Shown: in pieces, positions 19,349 to 28,300 of the stretch
Layout of the letters: each line of letters opens with the position of its first letter
Numbering within the stretch: position 1 is the first letter of the stretch
Source of the DNA: Sedimentisphaera cyanobacteriorum
Lineage (GTDB): Bacteria; Planctomycetota; Phycisphaerae; Sedimentisphaerales; Sedimentisphaeraceae
DNA: 32,000 nt
Assembly (NCBI RefSeq): GCF_001997385.1
Contig: NZ_CP019633.1
Coordinates: 2,190,001-2,222,000 of the forward strand
Direction of reading: 5' to 3'
Made by a program: the position numbers and the translations under genes
The notes under the pieces: model-generated
The model's database searches: none
What the model was told of the DNA's origin: nothing
The model's input: only the letters and a program-made list of their open reading frames with translations

Positions 19349-22323
19349 GCAGCTGGACAAGTCAGCAGAAGGATATCATAAACGCTGAGGGGAACGTTTA
19401 TGTAACCGCTTCAGCGGGTACGGGTAAAACAGCTGTGGTTATTGAAAGGGTGCTGGAATTTATATCCTCGGGAGGCTGTATAGAGAAGATTCTGCTGATA
19501 ACATTCACAAACGCCGCTGCGGGCGAGATGAAAGAGAGGCTCTTTGATAAGCTAAGGCACAGAGCCGAGAGCGCCGTAGGGGATAAACAGAGGCATATCT
19601 TATCTCAGCTTCAGCTTATCGATACCGCCCAGATCAGCACTATCCATTCGTTCTGCTCAAAGATTGTGCGAAATTATTTCTTCAAAGCCGGCGTGAGCGC
19701 ATCGTTCAGAATAGCCCACGGCTCTGAGATACAGGTTCTAAAAACAGATGCCCTGCAGGAAACTATGGAAGAGGTTTGGGGGGATGACCAGCTCGCAGAC
19801 CCTGCCGCCGAGATGCTTGAAAATCGAAACGCCGATATCTCGAGCGAATATTCAATCTTAGGCCAAATTTCGCAGGTAAGCGATTTCTGCAGCAGTCTTC
19901 CCGAACCGGAGAAATGGATTGAAAGCTGCAGCCTGCCAGAGGAAAACTCGCAGGGCGGTTTTGCAGAAAAAAGCAATATCTCCCGTCTCGCATTCAGCAA
20001 GATACTCAAAATATACCGCGAAAAGTTTGCCCAGAAGAAGCGTACGCTAAATGTGCTCGATTATTCAGATCTCGAACATTTCGCCCTGAAAATCCTCTTA
20101 GATGAAGAATCTGCCAGACAAATCAAATCGCAGTACAGGCAGATTTATGTGGATGAATTTCAGGACACCAGCGGCATCCAAAACAGAATAATAGACCTGC
20201 TCGAAAACAGCAATATGTTCCTTGTGGGCGATATAAAACAGAGCATTTACGGCTTCAGAAACGCAAGGCCTGATCTATTTAATGAGAAAATACGCAAGAA
20301 ACCCGAAGCAGCAAAATCGCTTTCGAATAATTTCAGGTGCAGGCCGGAGATAATCAGCTTTGCCAACAAGGTGTTCAGCGAGATTATGCAGCCGCCTGAA
20401 TCACTCGTTGACTACAGCAAAGACCACCAGCTCGAAGCTGCTGCTGAATTTCAGCCCTTCAGCCTGCCCGGGAAGCCCTGCGAACAGTACTTCATCACTG
20501 CAGACGCAAATGCCCAAAAGAAAAAAGAGCTTACTGCGGCATTCACTGCCGAAAAGGTGCGCCAGATTCTAAGCGAGGGAAAGATTTACGACAGCCAGTT
20601 CCCGCAGACCCCCAGAGAGATTAGAAAGAGCGATATCGCAATCCTCAAAAAAGACCTCAAAAACGATTACAGCATCTATGTAGAGCAGTTCAGACGTGCA
20701 GGCATAGAGCTGAAGGTTTTGGGCAGAGCCGAGCTGAAAGAATCCATCGAATACATCGATATTCTCTCAATGCTCAAATACCTCAACAACCCGACTGATC
20801 AGGTTGCTTTGGCGGGAGTTATGCGAAGCCCGTTCTATCAGTTCACAGAGGATCAGTTGCTTCAGGCCGCAATTTTATCGGCAGGCGGAAAACTTACCGC
20901 TCAGGCAGTAGAGCAGTTTGCAGAAGGCTCGGGTGAGCTGGCTGAAAAATGCAAAGAATTTCTCGAAGAAACACAAGCCCTCAGAGAGCAGGCTTTCTCT
21001 TTAGAAATCCCAGAGCTGGTTTGGAAAATCATAAACCACAAAAACTACCTTGCCTTTGCATCTTCCATCAGCGGGGCAGGCTTCAGAAGGGATAATCTCC
21101 TCAAGCTCCACAGCCTCGCCTCAGATTATCAGGATATAAGCTCTTGGCTCGGTTCTGCGAGCCTTCCCGGCTTTTTGGACTACCTCGAGAAGCTTACGGA
21201 TAAGGATATAGATGCCGGCACCCCGCCCGGGGGCGAGGCCGTTTCACTGATGACTGTGCATGCAAGCAAAGGGCTCGAATTCCCGGTAGTAATAATGCCG
21301 GATCTGGAAAAAGCTCCCAGAAACAACACCTCACAGGTGATTGTAAGCGAGAAATCAGGGCTCGCAATCAACTCAGACATCACAGAAAACAGTAAAACGA
21401 TGCTCTACGAACAGATTAAAAACGAAAATAAACTCGCTCGGATCGATGAGGCAAAACGCCTGCTTTATGTGGCGGTAACAAGGGCTAAAGAAAAGCTCGT
21501 GCTTATAGGGGCGGGAAAACAGGAAGACAAAACACCGGAAGAGAGTTGTTGGAGCTGGATTTATCTTTGCATCGAGCCGGAGTTTATCAGCAAAAGCGAG
21601 GTCGAAAAAATTACAGAAAGCTTCAGAGGGCAGGCAGCTCAGCCCGCTTCAAGCCGGCCGCTGGATTTGAAAGACATCACTGCTCGGTGCTCAATTACAG
21701 ACAAAATTGTTAATCCGCAGGGCGGGCCGGTAAAGATATCTGCCTCGCAGGTTGGGCATAAAGAATTCAAGCCTTCCCATGCATTCAGCTCGGATGCAAA
21801 CGAAGAGCAAACTCAAACAGACCCGAGGCTGAAGGGCTCTGCTGTGCACCTTGTATTCGAGAGGATTATAAAATCAGGCCGGTTTGAAGGATTTGATTAT
21901 GCACGCAGGGTATATCAGGAACTTGCCCGCGAGAAACTTATAGACGAAGATATGCTATCCAGCAGCGACCTAAGCTCCATCTGCGCATTTTTCAGAACCT
22001 CTGAGGGGAGATGCTCGCTTGAGAGCAAGAGCCGGAGCGAATGGCCCTTTACCGCATACATAGAGGCTGAAAAGCTGGGCGAAAAAGGGGATCATAAGCT
22101 TATTGTCCAGGGCGTAATCGATCTGCTCATAGAGCGGGATAACGACTTACAAATCATAGACTTCAAAACCGATAACGTATCTGAAGAGCAGGTGCGCGAG
22201 AGGGCGGAAGTATATAAATGCCAGCTTACAGCATATGCAATCGCCGCTGAAAAAATACTCGAAAAACCCGTATCCGCTAAAAAACTCTACTTCCTAAAAC
22301 AGGGCCGCCTCCTTGAAATCTGA
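19345..22323 (+). CDS. addA: ATP-dependent helicase/nuclease subunit AddA (UvrD/Rep superfamily 1 helicase + RecB-like nuclease)
   Basis: 992 aa. Motifs present: Walker A ASAGTGKT, motif II YVDEFQDTS, LSNNFRC, TVHASKGLEFPVV, LLYVAVTRAKEKL, and a C-terminal nuclease GVIDLLIE...IIDFKTD...Y..QL..Y. The start overlaps the addB stop (ATGA). Confidence 0.9.
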   Translation: MSSWTSQQKDIINAEGNVYVTASAGTGKTAVVIERVLEFISSGGCIEKILLITFTNAAAGEMKERLFDKLRHRAESAVGDKQRHILSQLQLIDTAQISTIHSFCSKIVRNYFFKAGVSASFRIAHGSEIQVLKTDALQETMEEVWGDDQLADPAAEMLENRNADISSEYSILGQISQVSDFCSSLPEPEKWIESCSLPEENSQGGFAEKSNISRLAFSKILKIYREKFAQKKRTLNVLDYSDLEHFALKILLDEESARQIKSQYRQIYVDEFQDTSGIQNRIIDLLENSNMFLVGDIKQSIYGFRNARPDLFNEKIRKKPEAAKSLSNNFRCRPEIISFANKVFSEIMQPPESLVDYSKDHQLEAAAEFQPFSLPGKPCEQYFITADANAQKKKELTAAFTAEKVRQILSEGKIYDSQFPQTPREIRKSDIAILKKDLKNDYSIYVEQFRRAGIELKVLGRAELKESIEYIDILSMLKYLNNPTDQVALAGVMRSPFYQFTEDQLLQAAILSAGGKLTAQAVEQFAEGSGELAEKCKEFLEETQALREQAFSLEIPELVWKIINHKNYLAFASSISGAGFRRDNLLKLHSLASDYQDISSWLGSASLPGFLDYLEKLTDKDIDAGTPPGGEAVSLMTVHASKGLEFPVVIMPDLEKAPRNNTSQVIVSEKSGLAINSDITENSKTMLYEQIKNENKLARIDEAKRLLYVAVTRAKEKLVLIGAGKQEDKTPEESCWSWIYLCIEPEFISKSEVEKITESFRGQAAQPASSRPLDLKDITARCSITDKIVNPQGGPVKISASQVGHKEFKPSHAFSSDANEEQTQTDPRLKGSAVHLVFERIIKSGRFEGFDYARRVYQELAREKLIDEDMLSSSDLSSICAFFRTSEGRCSLESKSRSEWPFTAYIEAEKLGEKGDHKLIVQGVIDLLIERDNDLQIIDFKTDNVSEEQVRERAEVYKCQLTAYAIAAEKILEKPVSAKKLYFLKQGRLLEI

Positions 22324-22397
22324 GCCTTTATCAACTGATTACGCAGATTTCACGGAGTTTTACTGAATGTAAGACATTCTCATAAAAGATTTTACAG

Positions 22398-23747
22398 CTA
22401 TTCCTGCAGAGCTTCTTCAATTTTTTGAATGATCTTTTCCTCCATCGGATTGGTTTTTGAGCCGAAGTAGGCTATTGTGTTTCCTGCCCTGTCTATGAGG
22501 AACTTGTTGAAATTCCAAGTTATTTTGTGCGCGTTCTCGCCGCTCTGGTTTTTGTCGGTCAGGTAATCGTAGAGTGGGTGGATGTCTTTGCCTTTTACCG
22601 AAATCTTTGAAAACATCGGGAAAGTAACATTAAACTTTGTAGTACAGAAATTTTTGATTTCGGCATTGGTGCCCGGCTCCTGATTGGCGAAGTTGTTGGC
22701 AGGGAAGCCGAGTATAGTGAAGCCTTTGTCCTTGTATTTCTCGTAGAGACTTTGGAGGTCGGCATATTGTTGTGTGAAGCCGCATTTGCTCGCAACATTG
22801 ACAATCAGAATCACCTTGCCCTGATATTCGCACAGAGCTGTCGGATTTGAATCGATATCATTAACAGTAAATGAGTATAGTTTATTCTCCATAATTGCAC
22901 AGTATAACGAACTGCGGGCGGTAATGAAAAGCTTTTTCTCTTTTTCAGACGCAAAGCAGAGATTTGACGGGCGCTGCGGGGTTTCAATCGTGAGGATCTG
23001 CCGCCCTTCAGGGTTGAAGGACATTACGTTTTTGTTGGTGATATACAAATTCCCTCGGCTGTCGAGAGTCATGCCGTCTGAGCCGAATTTCACAAAGAGC
23101 TCTTTGTTTTCGAGTGTGCCGTCTGGTTTGGGCGTATAGCGGTAGGTTTTCCCTGCCCCTGCGTCTGCAACGTAGAGAAGATTTCGTTTTGTGTCGCCTA
23201 CGATCCCGTTTGGACGCACCATATCATCGATTACGCGAACGGCTTTGCTGCTGTCTGGAGGGAGATAGTAAACGTGTTCGCCGTCTTGAGGGAGATTGTC
23301 TCTGCGGCCGTAGCGGGGGTCTGTAAAGTATATTCCGCCCTCGGGGGTTAGCCAGAGGTCATTCGGGCTGTTGAAGGGCTTTGATTTGTACTCACAGGCA
23401 AGTGTTTTGATGTTCTTATCTTGATCGATTGATGCAACTGCCCCTGCAGACCCAAGACACGCAATCAGCTTTCCGGACTGATCGAAGGCAAGCCCGTTTG
23501 CACCTTTGCTGCCTTTTAGGAAGGTTTTCAGTTCGCCTTCGCTGGTGTAGATATGAATTTTGTTGTTTGGGATGTCTGTGAAGAAGATGCTGCTGTTTGG
23601 ATCTGACGCAGGGCCCTCGGTGAAGGCGAAAGAATCTGCGAGCTTTTTAAGCTGGTATGGCTGCGGGTGCTGATTGGAGTTTTCAGCAGATAAAAAAGCG
23701 GCGGGCAGTGCAAACAGTGTTAGGACGGCAAGTTTTCTGATTAGCAT
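22398..23747 (-). CDS. Secreted fusion protein: SMP-30/gluconolactonase/LRE-like six-bladed beta-propeller (N) + glutathione peroxidase (C, Cys-type)
   Basis: Signal peptide MLIRKLAVLTLFALPAAFLSA. The SGL pattern is FTEGPA...ANGLAFD...PNDLW...YFTDP...RPNGI...SDGMTLD. From about residue 290 there is a full GPx domain: VNVASKCGFTQQY (catalytic Cys), GFPANNFANQEPG (Gln), WNFNKFLIDRAG (Trp/Asn). Confidence 0.85.
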   Translation of the reverse strand: MLIRKLAVLTLFALPAAFLSAENSNQHPQPYQLKKLADSFAFTEGPASDPNSSIFFTDIPNNKIHIYTSEGELKTFLKGSKGANGLAFDQSGKLIACLGSAGAVASIDQDKNIKTLACEYKSKPFNSPNDLWLTPEGGIYFTDPRYGRRDNLPQDGEHVYYLPPDSSKAVRVIDDMVRPNGIVGDTKRNLLYVADAGAGKTYRYTPKPDGTLENKELFVKFGSDGMTLDSRGNLYITNKNVMSFNPEGRQILTIETPQRPSNLCFASEKEKKLFITARSSLYCAIMENKLYSFTVNDIDSNPTALCEYQGKVILIVNVASKCGFTQQYADLQSLYEKYKDKGFTILGFPANNFANQEPGTNAEIKNFCTTKFNVTFPMFSKISVKGKDIHPLYDYLTDKNQSGENAHKITWNFNKFLIDRAGNTIAYFGSKTNPMEEKIIQKIEEALQE

Positions 23748-23938
23748 AATCTTACTTTCTTTTCAGCTTGGTTATTTAATCTGACATCTCCGGTTTACTC
23801 GGCTGCAAAATTTTCTTCCAAACATATCTGCAATTCTACAAGATGAACAGCTAAAGGTCAAGAAAATTAAAAAATGGCTTTTGTGAATCTCAGAGTGCAG
23901 AACTTACGACTCGAATTTAATGCTGGATGTGCTTAAAC

Positions 23939-24559
23939 CGCGAAGGACGCGAAGGACGCGAAGAATTATGATATAAATTCTTTATAATAATGCTTTATAT
24001 TCTTAAAAATATCTGTGTTATCTGCGTTATCTGTGGACAAAAAAAAATAAATCAAAACCATATCCCCTTCGTGTGTTTCGTGCCTTTCGTGGTAAAAAAA
24101 ACATTAAATCTGCGCAATTTATCCATCTCATCCTGTAGATCCTGTTAATCCTGTCTAAAAAACCCCTATCTCAAATTTAAAATAATCCTGTCCAATATTA
24201 TATCTTCTCCGATAACCTCCGATAACTCTCCGCCTGCGGCGGACAGGCTCAATGTTTAACATTCCTTTTAAATCGGTGGTTAAATTATTCTTAATTGAGG
24301 CTGTTTTGCTCATCTCCGGCCAGAGAGCTGCCCCGCAATTTGATATTCTCCACCAATGCGGGGGCTGAAGTTTTTACACAGAGGTATCGAAGGAAACGGA
24401 GGGGAGAATTTTTTGACGGGATTTACAGGATTGACAGGATTTTTCGGCGGGTAATTTTCTTAAACCACGAAGGGAGCGAAGGGGCGCGAAGGATTTTTTG
24501 TAAGTTGTTTTACAGAAATGCTTTACATTCATAAAAATATCTGCGCTGTTTAACATTCC
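23939..24559. repeat. Mosaic of short tandem-repeat blocks (mostly 3 x 9 nt) and conserved boxes in a non-coding region
   Basis: Blocks:
- CGCGAAGGA x3 (23939-23965)
- WTATCTGYG x3 (24009-24035)
- YTTCGTGNN x3 (24067-24093)
- ATCCTGTNN x3 (24130-24156)
- CTCCGATAAC x2.5 (24207-24234)
- TKACRGGAT x3 (24414-24440; inverse of the ATCCTGT family)
- CGAAGG-type x3 (24466-24493)
Two further boxes each occur twice: the 29-nt box AATGCTTTAYATTCWTAAAAATATCTGYG (23989-24017, 24517-24545) and the 13-nt box TGTTTAACATTCC (24253-24265, 24547-24559). Confidence 0.8.
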
Positions 24560-24568
24560 CCGTACTAC

Positions 24569-24760
24569 AGCGGAGCGACGCAAGTCGCCCGCTAGGCATT
24601 CTTTTAGAAAAGATTTTTCGCTTACCGCCGGCTCTTCACGTTTCGCTATCCTAGCGGGGAGCTTGCGCTCCTCCGCTGTATGACGCTACATTATTAAGCA
24701 GCGAACCGCTGGCTCTGTCCGTAAACGTACTACAGCGGTGTTCGTCGTGGCGGACCCGCT
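24569..24760. repeat. Three REP/BIME-like hairpin elements in alternating orientation
   Basis: The three hairpins are:
- 24569-24593: AGCGG-A-GCGAC-GCAA-GTCGC-CCGCT
- 24653-24677: the same architecture on the minus strand, AGCGG-A-GGAGC-GCAA-GCTCC-CCGCT
- 24734-24760: AGCGG-T-GTTCG-TCGTGG-CGGAC-CCGCT
The outer stem and the flanks (CGTACTACAGCGG ... CCGCTAGRCATTCTTTTA) are conserved. The inner stems differ but stay complementary. Confidence 0.75.
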
Positions 24761-24777
24761 AGACATTCTTTTATAAA

Positions 24778-25041
24778 ATAGGGGACAGTTACCTAATAAT
24801 TGTTTTCAACTGATGTGAGTTTGCAGCTTCTTTGATTATTCACAGGCTTTTACTCGACAGTTTTTTTTCTGTGTAATTGCTTCATCAAGGCTTTAAACCG
24901 AGCAAATATGCTTGTTGCGCGGCAGCTGCTCTTGACGAACCACTTGCCGCCTCATCTCAGCCCAATTCTTATCCCGGCCAATTCCCTATCTCATTATTTT
25001 ATAAAGCTTATTACTGTTAAAAATAGGTAACTGTCCCCTAT
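24778..25041. repeat. 228-bp segment flanked by perfect 18-bp inverted repeats (candidate invertible element or MITE)
   Basis: ATAGGGGACAGTTACCTA at 24778-24795 and its exact reverse complement TAGGTAACTGTCCCCTAT at 25024-25041. The complementarity extends imperfectly a few nt outward. No ORF lies inside. The right repeat ends 268 nt upstream of the 25309 ATG. Confidence 0.7.
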
Positions 25042-25120
25042 TTGTACCATTTGTAAAATAAGTATATTTACGGTTTTCTTATTTTTTTCCCGCCATATTG
25101 AGCCGATAGATTTATTTAAC

Positions 25121-25149
25121 TTGAAAATGCGTTTTTTGAATGATACGCT
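25121..25149 (+). promoter_or_regulatory. Candidate promoter for the 25309 gene
   Basis: TTGAAA (25121-25126), a 17-nt spacer, then an extended -10 TGATACGCT (25141-25149). AAGGAG Shine-Dalgarno at 25296-25301. Confidence 0.35.
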
Positions 25150-25308
25150 CAGCTTTAAATCATGGGGTTAAAATTTCAAGCACAGCTAAACTTCCTCGAT
25201 GCACATATCAAAAAACTTGTAACAATTACCCTTAAATTTAAGCAAATAAGTGCGTAATCTGCCTTTTGGCAGGGGAAATATTTAAAGTTTTTTGCAAGGA
25301 GTTTTATT

Positions 25309-28300
25309 ATGAAAAAAGCTATTATTACAATTCTGATTATGTCCTTGGCGGGCTTAGTTTTCGGCGAATGGCGCAGAGACCCGGCAAGCGATGTTGACAA
25401 GGAGTTCCTCTCGGGGAATGAAGGGCTCGTTTCGGGCACTCCCCCCACAGACAACAGCTGCTGGATGGCTTCAGCCTCGAATCTGCTCGCAGGAGCGGGC
25501 TACGGAAACGGCGGGAACATTCAGGAAAGAGCGGAAGATATCTATTTGGATATGCTCACATGGCAGGAATCTATAAATCCCTCCAACACCCACGGCACAC
25601 AGGACGGGGGCTGGATTGATACAGCTCTTACATGGTGGCTTAGCTCATCGAACAATGTATGGCCGTCAAATCCATATACCGTTGTGAATGTGTACGGGAA
25701 TAAATCCAAAGTTCCGTGGTCTAATTCCAGCGGCGCTAAGGATATCGGCAATATGCTGCGCGATTACAAGCAGGTGGGGCTGAGCATCAGCAGGCCGCGC
25801 ACCTCCCCGGGCGGAAGCCCCAGCGGCGGGCACGCTATCGCTGCTTGGGGAGATGACGGGTCGTCTGCACAGCTCGGGAGCAATCCGGATGAGGTTATTG
25901 TGGCCGATTCAGACCGCGACACCAGCGGGACAGACTTCCAAACCTACACCTACGACGACTATACAAACCCAAATCCGGGCGGGTATAATGAAGGCAGCGG
26001 CTGGTATTTCAATTTCTCAGCGAATCACTGGTTTATCAAGCATATCGCAACCCTAACACCTACCGATAACCCCGTTGACCCATCAGACGGGCCTACTCAG
26101 CTTGTTGTTGGTTCGTATAAGATTCATCAGGACGAGCTCGAATCTGCAACCGATCTGCATTACACCGCTTGGACAGACTACGACATCCTCGGCTACAACA
26201 CAGACATCGACTGGCACACCGACAATGCGCCGGTGATTACAGAAAGCAGCGATCACGTTCCAGGCCTGACAAGATCCGATATCACAGCAGACTGGGACCT
26301 CTCAGACAACCCGGTACCATACTGCAATGATGTAACGATAACCACAGAATTCGTTTTGCAGAACTGGAACGGGGTATGGTATGACGACGTGTATTTCACA
26401 TACCCGGGCGGGCAGCAGACAAAATATCTTCAGCCGCCTTACGATTCCATGCTCGGAACAGACATCAGATGCGACAGCTACGACGAGATTCCGAGGCTCT
26501 TAGCAGATGATTTCGAATGCACTGAAGAAGGGATTATCAGCAAAATCTATCTCTGGGGCTCATGGGATCAGGATTATGGAGAAGGCGACCCTCCGGGGAA
26601 CGTTCAGAAATTTCGTCTCAAGATATTCAGCGACGACCCTGTGGGCGATGACCCGAAAAATCCCGATGACGACCCGGATAACGAGGCTTCAAAGCCGCTA
26701 GAGGTGCTTTGGGAAGGCAGTTTTACTGATTTCACAACAAGCCAGTACAGCGTTGTCCAGCAGGAATACTTCTGGGATCCGTTTACCAATTCGCCTATAA
26801 GCTGGGACAACAGGATCTGGCAGTATGAAATCGATATACCCGAATCTCAGGCCTTCGAGCAGCAGGGCTCTCAAGAAGAACCTGTTGTTTACTGGCTCGG
26901 TGTTTCGGCAGATATAGACGGCTACAGCAGCGCAAAATTTGGCTGGAAAACCACAAGCCCCGAAAACGGGTGGAACGATAAGGCAGTAGCTTGGAAGGAT
27001 ACGCTTGTAAAAACCGATGAGTTTGACTTCTGGGAAGACCGCTCCAGCCATTCATATCAGGAAAACGGCTCCGTATCTAAAGGCGCATACGACTGTTCAG
27101 GTGATCAGGCTTTGAGAATCGGCTATAACGACAGCGGCGCTTTTGTATATCTGATTATGAACGTAAATCCGAATTCTGAGCAGGTAAAGCTCAGATACAA
27201 GATCCCTTGGGCAGGAGCAGTAGCAGGGATGATAGGTGCAGAGCTTGTTGTAGATGGAGAATACAAGGGCAATCTCGTATCAGACGGCTGCTTATGGCAG
27301 GAAATTATGCTTACCAATATGTCAGGCGACACTGCCGACGGCGAGATTGAAATAAAGATCAAAGATACATACCCAGATTACGACGGGGATATTCAAATCA
27401 CATCAATGCAGGCCTACTCTATTGGCAAGGACTGGGAGCCTCTGGTGTATCCAGACAATCACGAGCTCGTTTCGCAGCCTGTGGATATGTCTTTCGCCGT
27501 TGCAGGACCAGACAACAGCCAGGGTTGGTTTATGCCTGAGTTCGGCTGGAACATCGTTACAGCAGAGCTGGACAACACTGACATACCCGATATTTCAGGC
27601 GGATACGTATTGGGAGCATTCGATCTGTTCGGCGATGAAGGGCTTCTCGGACAGTACAGATTCGTGCATCAGTATCCATACACCCAAGACCCTGAAACCC
27701 ACACCTTCACAATACAGGGCGGACCGGACAGTGCATCAGCTCCATGTGCTGATTTCGACGATGTTAAATCCCCGAGTTCATACTCTGTAGGCGGTTATTT
27801 CAATACTCAGGGCTATGATGTTGATTTCAAGGAGTTCTTCTGGCTCCCAAGCGGAAGCACAACAAGCGGTACAGCAACGGTGGATGCTTCTGGGCAGGCA
27901 GGCGGGTCTGGAAGTGAACTCGAGCTGGATAATATTAACGCAGAATTCACCTTCAACTATCCCATAGAGTGTCTCAGTGTGCTGTTCGGCGAATACGGAG
28001 GCAACATCAACCTCGAGGTGAACGGGGTGTTCTCGAATTTCGACAACTTTGCCGATATAAACGGCTACACTATCGGCGGCTGCAGTATTTACGTTACAAA
28101 CGGCCACGGAAACGATAAGGGCAGCCTGCAAATTCAGGGCACGATAAATCAGTTCAAGATAGGCGGACAGGAGCTGTTTATCGATGATCTATGCCCGGGC
28201 TGCGGGTCTGGCGGCAGAACGGTAACAGCAGGCAACTTCCGCTTCGGCCACAGCTACGGAAGACCCGGTAAACAGAAACTATGGCAGTTCAGCGACTGGA

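Noticed and set aside
23939-24493. Possible CRISPR array in the repeat-rich spacer
   Set aside because: The repeat units are 9-10 nt and directly tandem (3 copies) with no unique spacers of 25-40 nt. Several unrelated families are interleaved, and there are no cas genes.
24295-24534. 79-aa ORF (and the antisense 69-aa ORF 24374..24583) in the non-coding mosaic
   Set aside because: Its translation simply reads through the 9-mer blocks (GIYRIDRI, NHEGSEGARR), and it has no SD. It is a typical spurious ORF over repeats.
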